A stretch of DNA of 5,543 nt from Amoebophrya sp. A120 (lineage: Eukaryota > Protista > Dinoflagellata), in assembly GCA_905178155.1 (NCBI GenBank), contig CAJINV010000118.1, positions 1 through 5,543 on the forward strand, in the 5' to 3' direction. Shown here piece by piece: positions 1 through 5,543 of the stretch (the stretch's first letter is position 1; each line of letters opens with the position of its first letter). Below the pieces are notes generated by a model, which was not told where the DNA came from, did no database searches, and worked only from the letters and a program-made list of their open reading frames with translations. The position numbers and the translations under genes are program-made.

Positions 1-74
1 CTCAAAAGTGAGCCGCTTTATTGGTAATCATGCAGCGCGCATTTTTGTATGATTCAGATTTAGCATGACAAGTT
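1..74 (+). repeat. Terminal direct repeat, left copy (identical to 5470-5543)
   Basis: ctcaaaagtgagccgc...agcatgacaagtt is identical at both ends of the window, which indicates a circular contig overlap or a tandem unit of 5469 bp. Confidence 0.97.
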
Positions 75-192
75 GTACTCTTCCAGACCCAGACACTTTT
101 GCAATTGATATGGAAGTGCGTGTTTTGCATGACAGATTGGATGTGGATGAGTTTTTCTGTGTGGATATGCACCGTGAGGAAAGCTGCTCGAA

Positions 193-816
193 GTGTTGGA
201 GTCGACTGGCAGCCGCCTCTATTTCGAAGAAGAGCTGCGAAACTGCCGCACCCCGGAGCGCCTGCGGTTTGCCTTCGCCCTTCTCATAGCGCACTCCGAC
301 TTTGGCGCCAACGAATTCGAGGAATTTTATATGCAAATGACAGAGGACTACGACCGAAAGCGGCCCCAGTGTTCCCGCCGGGATTTTGCCATTTTTGCGG
401 TCTCCAAAATCCTTGCAACATTGGGCGGGGGCGCGCCGATGCCGCCGGGAATAGGCTCACACAAGTGCCCGGACGGCGCCGACCGAAGCGGCGGACCGGA
501 GGCAGGCAGCTGGCGCTTTGTCGTTGTCGAAGAGGGAGAGGAAGAAAAGATCCAGACCACGCGCGCGGACCTCTCGGACCAGCAGCGCGCCGCCTACGAT
601 GTTCTGGCCGAGCGCGTGCGAACTGCTAGGCCTGGCGTTGTAGTAGTTGAGGCCCGCGCAGGAGCAGGAAAGACATTCTTCGCGAACACGTTCATCAGTG
701 CAATGTTGGCAGAGGGAAAGAGCATACTGGCCGCGGATTTGCGCGGCCAGGGAGCTCCACGGGTTTGCGCGGATGATGCCACCGAAGATGAAGCGCCAGG
801 TAATATTCCATACTAG
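193..816 (+). pseudogene. Helitron RepHel-like / PIF1-family (SF1B) helicase N-terminal fragment, truncated after Walker A
   Basis: Q-motif-like LSDQQRAAYD (from 571), then VVVVEARAGAGKTFFANTFISAMLAEGKSILAA (GAGKT at 661-675), matches the PIF1 pattern L..EQ..A(Y/F)D...hhhh.G.GGTGKTFL...h...GK..hA. The upstream TPERLRFAFALLIAH...FEEFYMQMTEDY resembles the Helitron Rep-helicase linker (P..LR.LF..IL...MSEDF). Similarity stops at about 735, where the ORF enters repeat R. Motif Ia, Walker B and motifs III-VI are absent, and there is no ATG at the ORF start. Confidence 0.75.
745..812 (+). repeat. Repeat R, copy 1 (68 bp)
   Basis: ggccagggagctccacgggtttgcgcggatgatgccaccgaagatgaagcgccaggtaatattccata, identical to 1873-1940. 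Confidence 0.97.
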
Positions 817-884
817 CCAGGGGGAAGGAATCTCTATCCCGAAGCGAAATCGAGAGCACTGGGAGGGGGGAAGCAGAACTAGAA

Positions 885-915
885 GGGGAGGACGGGGGGG
901 AAGGGTGCGGCTGGG
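885..915 (+). other. Potential G-quadruplex-forming tract
   Basis: GGGG-aggac-GGGGGGG-aa-GGG-tgcggct-GGG fits the G3+N1-7 pattern; further G runs lie at 861-870. Folding is not demonstrated. Confidence 0.5.
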
Positions 916-1203
916 TCAGCTAGTCAGTTTCAGGTAGCCATTGGGGTCCTGGTTGTGTCGATGAGATTCGAGACGCGGCCTCTCTGCTCTTGGCCAAATA
1001 TTTTTGCGGAGCTCTTGCGGGTAATTCTGGCTATGGAGCGGCATTCAACGCGGCAAGTCGCTGGCTGTCGAGCTTATTTTCCCGCAGGCGTGGGCCGTTT
1101 TGTGGATCTTTGCTCGTTCGCTTATTTTGAAAACTGTGCGCGTTTGAAGGTTATGGCGCGCTTCATATTTTCCGCGGCGGGACTTTCTCGGAAGCCTTGC
1201 CGG

Positions 1204-1271
1204 AGCTTTTGCCTAGAAAGATCGGGAGGGTGCTCGCGCCGCCTCCTTCTCTATGTGCGAACAGATTCCGG
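1204..1271 (+). repeat. Diverged internal direct repeat, copy 1 (partner 1653-1714)
   Basis: Shared blocks are agcttttgcctaga, cgggaggg, tcgcgccgcct and a 25-nt exact match ttctctatgtgcgaacagattccgg (1247-1271 = 1690-1714). A third partial copy, ttctctatctgcgaacag, lies at 1317-1334. Confidence 0.9.
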
Positions 1272-1652
1272 CGGCCATTTTCTCCCGTGTTTTCTTGTGC
1301 CTGCTGCGGGGCCTCTTTCTCTATCTGCGAACAGTTTGAAAGCCACGCAGAAGCGACGAGGCCAACGGCGGAACACAAGGAGGCAGGGGGGCCAGGCCTT
1401 CGGGACAAGGAAGATAGAGACGGGGAAGAGTGGAAAGACGAAAAAGGCGGGAAAAACCGCGCAGACTGTGGGAACTGGGAAGGCTAGGGCAGCCTGTAGG
1501 AAAGACTGGGTGGGGCGGCTGAGAGGTTTGAGAGGCTCAAAAGGCGAAGGAGATTCGAAAGGTTGAGCAAACTGGAGAAGCTGGGAAGGCGGGGAAACGG
1601 GAGCGAGCAAGCTTGGAAGCGAAGGCGCTGATTTGTTGAGAGGCCTCGGCGT

Positions 1653-1714
1653 AGCTTTTGCCTAGAGCGGGAGGGCGTTCGCGCCGCCTTTCTCTATGTG
1701 CGAACAGATTCCGG
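1653..1714 (+). repeat. Diverged internal direct repeat, copy 2
   Basis: Matches 1204-1271 with small indels. Confidence 0.9.
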
Positions 1715-1872
1715 AAGCTGTTCCGCTTTTCTCTTTGTTGCGGCGGTTGTTTTTCTGTCCTAGAACTGCTAAGGGAACCGAGAGGCCAGCAGCTCCATGG
1801 AAAAGCCCAGCGGCCGCAGAGCCCAAAGGAGGCGCGGCGGGGCGCCGTCGCTGCAGCTTCGCAGCTTCAGCA

Positions 1873-1940
1873 GGCCAGGGAGCTCCACGGGTTTGCGCGG
1901 ATGATGCCACCGAAGATGAAGCGCCAGGTAATATTCCATA
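1873..1940 (+). repeat. Repeat R, copy 2 (68 bp)
   Basis: Identical to 745-812. Confidence 0.97.
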
Positions 1941-4038
1941 TTATAGAGTATTTCCGTAGCCATTTTGGCTCAAGATCCTTATACACCCCTGCCACTGAGG
2001 TGGGGGGGGATCTGAGCAAAGCTAATATTCCAACAGCGACACTCTGTTAGTTTAGAGAAGTAGACCCGTATTTGTACCGACACATTTATCGTAGATCCAG
2101 ACACGACGAAAAGATCAACCAAAACACAAAAAGATAGGATGCAGCAAGCACTTTTTTAAAGCCTCGAACCGAAGCCCGAAATCCAAGCTCCGCATGAAAT
2201 TGGAATATAGTTCTCTTGATCAGAGTTGTTAGTTGTCCATTTTTATCTCCCTCGAGCACAATAGATTTTGAATTGCACCTGCACACACATCGACCCTTTA
2301 TTATTATCACACCGCTTGCCTCCCTTCGAGTTTTAGTTTTTACCTCCCTTGAAATCAGTCTCCGCAAAAGACACAAAAACCAAATCATGGGCAAGCCATC
2401 CACCAGATCCAGCAGCACCGGCAGCGGCAAAGGCGGCAAGAAGAACAAAGGCAACGGCAAGAAGGGAAAGTCCGAGCCCGCGACCGCCAACATCAAAACA
2501 AAGCAGTTCGAAAAAATGCAGCACGATGTGGCAGTCCTCATGGCAAATAACATCGTCTCAGTGAAAGGGGCAGAGATCAAGGACCTGGCCACGTGGAAAA
2601 CTTTGGAGGAGGAAAAAGACGAAACAGCGGCGGAGGAGCCGCAGAGCCAGCCGGAAGACAAGAAGGACAGCGCCGCCAGTGGCGACGCCGACGATGACAC
2701 CGACCTCATCTCCCGGCCGGTTTCTCCTTGGAGCAAGAAAAACCTTCCCTCTGTCCGGGGCAAGAAGAAAATCAAGGATATGACGTTTCCGGAGATCATG
2801 GAAGCGTGGAAACAGGACCAGATCAACACCGTAATCCGAACCTGCAAATCGACCCAAGTTGTGGACGGCGAGCCAGTGATGAAACTGGAAGAAGACAACG
2901 ACGGGCGGATGCAGCTAGCCGCATGCGAGAACGAAGTGTACGGCCGCAACGACGAGCGGGACAGCAGAGACGCGGCAAGAGGTTGGATGATAGATTATTG
3001 CGGGATCGACTGGGACAAAGAATGGCAAACAGCAGCAAAATCCATCCCGCTTGCCGGGCTCGGCGACGTCGCGCCGACTCATCTCGTCGTTTGGGACAAC
3101 CCGGCGATTGGGGTGCAGATCATCGCGTCCAAACCGAGCGGGTGGGCAACCGCCCACTGCGGCACCAGTATCCGGCTGACGCGCTTGGGGTTGCGCAAAT
3201 TTGTCCTAGAAGAGAAGAACGTTTTTACATGCGAGAAGTGCGGTGATGTCCTCGCGGACGAAACCGCGCTTCACTACCACCGAACAGCCGGGCTCTGCCG
3301 GCAGAACAAGTCGGTGCAAGAATTGCGCACACTGCGGGTCGCGCGAATGGTGGAGCAAAAGAAGAAACAGAAGGGGCGGCCGGACGCCCCGGCCGGGGTG
3401 AAGGCAGTCAAGCTCCACGAAAAAGCAGTAGAGTGTGTGGGGTCGTTCAAATACCTCGGCACGGAGGTAGGGAGTGATGGCTCCACCGATGCCGAGACGC
3501 ATCGCCGGTGTGGCCTGGCACTAGGCGTCGTCCGCCAGGTCTCTCCGGTTTGGAGAGACAGCAGCGTCCCAACACACCTAAAAGCCGACTTGTTCCGTTC
3601 TCTCTCCCTCAGCGTTGCATTATACAACGCTGAGGCCTGGACAATTTCCCCAGCAGCAGCTACCTCCTTGCGACAGTTCCAGGACAGTGCCCTGCGGCAT
3701 GTCCTCGGTGGACATTACAGAAACGCAGAAAAAAGCAGGGAGGAGTTGTGCGCTGAGCTAGGCGTGCAAGCGATAGAAGACGAAATAAGGTGCAAGAGAA
3801 TCGGGTGGATCGCGCATGCATGCAGGGGGGATACGCGAGAAGGGTCGGTGCGCAGAATCGAACAAGAAATAAATCGCAAGACAGCCTGGGGGAAACAAGC
3901 AAAAGACGATCTAGACGCATTCAGTTTACCCTTCAGCGAACTAAAAACAACGAAGCCAACAGGCGAAGCAATACGGGCGACGCTAGCACAAAAGAGGAAA
4001 GTGCAGCCGGTGCAACGAAAGAGGGGAGTAGAGGCAGA
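1941..4038 (+). mobile_element. Probable non-autonomous (internally deleted or chimeric) non-LTR retroelement or retrocopy, SL-headed and flanked by 57-bp direct repeats
   Basis: DinoSL begins 12 nt inside the left boundary, a single long ORF has an RTE-like RT C-terminus, and the segment is bracketed by R2 (1884-1940) and R3 (4039-4095). There is no poly(A) tail, and the boundaries are inferred from the repeats. Confidence 0.55.
1953..1974 (+). other. Dinoflagellate spliced leader (DinoSL) 22-mer, DNA-encoded and not followed by a GT donor
   Basis: TCCGTAGCCATTTTGGCTCAAG is a 22/22 match to the DinoSL consensus DCCGTAGCCATTTTGGCTCAAG. The next bases are ATCC, so this is not a canonical SL RNA donor gene. 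Confidence 0.96.
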
Positions 4039-4096
4039 TCCACGGGTTTGCGCGGATGATGCCACCGAAGATGAAGCGCCAGGTAATATTACATAA
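2387..4096 (+). CDS. 569-aa protein: unknown basic/acidic N-terminus + CCHC-variant zinc finger + C-terminal (motif 7/thumb) region of an RTE-like non-LTR reverse transcriptase
   Basis: The first ATG of the 2216-4096 ORF is at 2387 in an A-rich context (caaatcATGG), where composition shifts to GC-rich. It contains C-x2-C-x12-H-x5-C at 3230-3298, VECVGSFKYLG (FKYLG 3446-3460), SDG...E..RR..LA...VW......LK..LFRSL.LSVALYNAEAWT (LYNAEAW 3620-3640), LRQFQ...LRHVLG, and R..WIAH..R, as in RTE-clade RT C-termini. No YADD/FADD, QG or APE endonuclease motifs are visible. The last 18 codons and the stop overlap R3. Confidence 0.82.
   Translation: MGKPSTRSSSTGSGKGGKKNKGNGKKGKSEPATANIKTKQFEKMQHDVAVLMANNIVSVKGAEIKDLATWKTLEEEKDETAAEEPQSQPEDKKDSAASGDADDDTDLISRPVSPWSKKNLPSVRGKKKIKDMTFPEIMEAWKQDQINTVIRTCKSTQVVDGEPVMKLEEDNDGRMQLAACENEVYGRNDERDSRDAARGWMIDYCGIDWDKEWQTAAKSIPLAGLGDVAPTHLVVWDNPAIGVQIIASKPSGWATAHCGTSIRLTRLGLRKFVLEEKNVFTCEKCGDVLADETALHYHRTAGLCRQNKSVQELRTLRVARMVEQKKKQKGRPDAPAGVKAVKLHEKAVECVGSFKYLGTEVGSDGSTDAETHRRCGLALGVVRQVSPVWRDSSVPTHLKADLFRSLSLSVALYNAEAWTISPAAATSLRQFQDSALRHVLGGHYRNAEKSREELCAELGVQAIEDEIRCKRIGWIAHACRGDTREGSVRRIEQEINRKTAWGKQAKDDLDAFSLPFSELKTTKPTGEAIRATLAQKRKVQPVQRKRGVEADPRVCADDATEDEAPGNIT
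4039..4095 (+). repeat. Repeat R, copy 3 (57 bp, 11 bp shorter at the 5' end, one mismatch)
   Basis: 4039-4090 is identical to 756-807 and 1884-1935 (52 bp), followed by a C>A mismatch at 4091 and then cata (4092-4095). Confidence 0.96.
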
Positions 4097-4118
4097 AATA
4101 TTAATTTAGAAATACGTA

Positions 4119-4250
4119 CTTTGACCCACTAACTGACCCACGAGCAACCCATGAGGAACCCACCAGACCCACCGCGACCCACCAGCGACCCACCACCAGA
4201 CCCACCACCCGACCCACCACCCGACCCACCAACGACCCACCTTTGACCCA
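4119..4250 (+). repeat. Phased tandem array of 12 (G/A)ACCCA motifs, period 10-12 nt
   Basis: ACCCA starts at 4124, 4136, 4147, 4158, 4167, 4177, 4188, 4200, 4212, 4224, 4235 and 4246 (one spacing is 9). The array is bracketed by ctttgaccca at 4119-4128 and 4241-4250. Confidence 0.92.
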
Positions 4251-4535
4251 TGGATACCAATGCGGAAATGGGGTTTTCCCACCAACTACATCTTGCATGT
4301 ATGAGTGCGCAGCTAGTAGCAAGTAAGTAGGCAGAAGCCCGGCGCTGCAAAGATCCAGGTCGCTCTTTTGCTTTTTTTTTCCTTTGTTTCTTTTTGTTTC
4401 GGGCACGGCGCCGAAGATCAAATTCAAAAAGTAGTACCCACTAGCCGAGCAGAGACTCTGTCTTTTCTTCTACACCGCAGAAGATCCGCCTCCGTTGTTT
4501 TTGCATGTTAGGCTCTTTGCAAAGATGGATCACAT

Positions 4536-4668
4536 GAAGTCGACGTCCATATTTTGTTTTTTGTATCCATGCATTTGAAGTCGACATATTTTGTTTCTTG
4601 TTTGCCCGCATGCATTTTTGCGCACATGCCTGCGAAGTCGGCGCATTATGTTGGACGCATGCATTTTT
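4536..4668 (+). repeat. Three degenerate tandem units (GAAGTCG ... CATGCATTT)
   Basis: gaagtcg occurs at 4536, 4577 and 4634; catgcattt at 4568, 4609 and 4658; catattttgttt is shared by units 1 and 2. Confidence 0.8.
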
Positions 4669-4760
4669 CTACACAGATAGGTATAGGTAGTGCGTAGCTG
4701 CATTGTTGTACACAGTTAAGCAAGGCGTAGTCCTTCCATCGACAGACAAACAGAAAAAAA

Positions 4761-5267
4761 ATGGATTTCCTGGAGCCTGTGGAGGGAACTGCCACCGGTC
4801 CTACGGTTGGCACGGTAGTCATGTGCTGCGCCAAGAAGAATGGTCTGTACACAGCGTATGCCGTCGACCCTTCGCAGTTCGCAGTCGCGGCGGACGCGGG
4901 TCCCGCGTACTCCACGGTTACCGCCTTCTCGAAGCAGCGCCTGCAAGGGGTCCTGTCCAAGGACCCCGCCGGGCTTCAGATGACGACAAATGTGTCCGCG
5001 CGTCCGAAGGAGGTGGCCCACCTCTACGGGCGCCCGGGCTTCTTCACCAACCCCCAGGGCCAGCAGGTGGAGCGCGGCAAAAATAACCCATTGGTGAAGC
5101 TTGGCCCCCCGGTTGGCACCACCATCGGAGACATCAAGACCACCGCCATCCCCGACGTCTGGTTGTTGCAGTCCGCCGAATATCAAGGGCAAAAGCGTCT
5201 GGATCTGGAAGCGTGGAAGATTTGCCGTGCATATTTTGCATGTGTGGCCCATGCGGTCCGTCTGTGA
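4761..5267 (+). CDS. Hypothetical protein, 168 aa (function unknown)
   Basis: The ATG follows an A-run (gaaaaaaaATGG). It is a GC-rich island with mostly G/C third positions from 4761 to about 5220, between T-rich flanks. I recognise no family, and the true 3' end may differ through splicing or truncation. Confidence 0.65.
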   Translation: MDFLEPVEGTATGPTVGTVVMCCAKKNGLYTAYAVDPSQFAVAADAGPAYSTVTAFSKQRLQGVLSKDPAGLQMTTNVSARPKEVAHLYGRPGFFTNPQGQQVERGKNNPLVKLGPPVGTTIGDIKTTAIPDVWLLQSAEYQGQKRLDLEAWKICRAYFACVAHAVRL

Positions 5268-5423
5268 TGCCTGCCCTAGCATCACAACTTTTTTGAGGGC
5301 TTTTTTTCTGATCAGATGCGTATCCCGCGTGACTAATGTTGTCTCCGTGTCGTGCCACAAAATCGATTTACATGATGTATGAGGTCTCTGATGCATGCCC
5401 CAGCATCACAGATTTTACTGTGA
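5260..5423 (+). repeat. Two related hairpins (5263-5286 and 5389-5408), each followed by a T-run
   Basis: tgtgatgc-ctgcccta-gcatcaca has an 8-bp stem and tgatgc-atgcccca-gcatca a 6-bp stem. The contexts 5260-5292 and 5384-5416 align as direct repeats. Confidence 0.8.
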
Positions 5424-5469
5424 GATCTTTACCATGCCTGTTCCACGCGAGAAACTGCCTTTCGGCCTT

Positions 5470-5543
5470 CTCAAAAGTGAGCCGCTTTATTGGTAATCAT
5501 GCAGCGCGCATTTTTGTATGATTCAGATTTAGCATGACAAGTT
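5470..5543 (+). repeat. Terminal direct repeat, right copy (identical to 1-74)
   Basis: Exact match to the first 74 bases of the window. Confidence 0.97.

Noticed and set aside
745-812. R as a hammerhead ribozyme or C/D snoRNA
   Set aside because: CGGATGA and GAAG only approximate CUGAUGA and GAAA, stem II cannot form, and there is no proper box C/D pair.
910-925. Helitron head-to-tail junction CTAG|TC at 920-925
   Set aside because: A given 6-mer is expected about once by chance in this length, and only a 4-bp mini-stem precedes it rather than the usual GC-rich subterminal hairpin. It is not supportable without other copies.
932-952. Second, degenerate DinoSL (gtagccatt at 934-942)
   Set aside because: Only 9 contiguous bases match and the 3' half diverges, so it may be chance.
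955-1610. ORFs 955-1566, 1197-1487, 1251-1610 and 1163-1408 as genes
   Set aside because: The translations are low-complexity products of purine/pyrimidine skew with no recognisable domains, and they overlap the nucleotide repeats.
1953-2030. Canonical SL RNA gene
   Set aside because: The exon is followed by AT, not the GT donor, and I see no adjacent 5S rRNA gene or tandem SL copies.
2216-2386. TTG start at 2216 for the long ORF
   Set aside because: The context is eukaryotic and this stretch looks like UTR in composition; the ATG at 2387 is the better start.
2086-4065. Antisense and alternate-frame ORFs overlapping the long ORF
   Set aside because: They are shadow ORFs of a GC-rich coding region; the motifs support only the + frame of 2387-4096.
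745-4095. CRISPR array or LTR pair
   Set aside because: The spacers are 1-2 kb, there are no cas genes, and there are no TG...CA termini, primer-binding site or gag/integrase motifs.
4101-4427. Gly/Ser- or Val/Gly-rich minus-strand ORFs
   Set aside because: They are by-products of the ACCCA tandem array.
1-5543. Dinoflagellate plastid minicircle or virophage genome
   Set aside because: I recognise no photosynthesis or rRNA genes, capsid, packaging ATPase or protease.

Overview
Eukaryotic DNA, almost certainly from a dinoflagellate-lineage organism or an element hosted by one, because it carries an exact 22-nt dinoflagellate spliced leader (DinoSL) at 1953-1974. The first 74 bp recur exactly at the end, so the window reads as one 5469-bp circle or tandem-array unit. 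Three direct copies of a 57-68 bp sequence ('R', at 745-812, 1873-1940 and 4039-4095) share the same right edge and divide that unit into three cassettes. Cassette A (1128 bp) is apparently non-coding, purine-skewed and internally duplicated. Cassette B (2155 bp) starts with DinoSL and encodes a 569-aa ORF: an unknown N-terminus joined to a zinc finger and the C-terminal (thumb) part of an RTE-like non-LTR reverse transcriptase, with no recognisable catalytic YADD palm. Cassette C (2186 bp, wrapping through the window ends) holds a phased ACCCA array, an unknown 168-aa ORF, paired hairpins and a Helitron-type PIF1 helicase fragment cut off just after Walker A. Family assignments come from motif recognition by eye; no database search was run.
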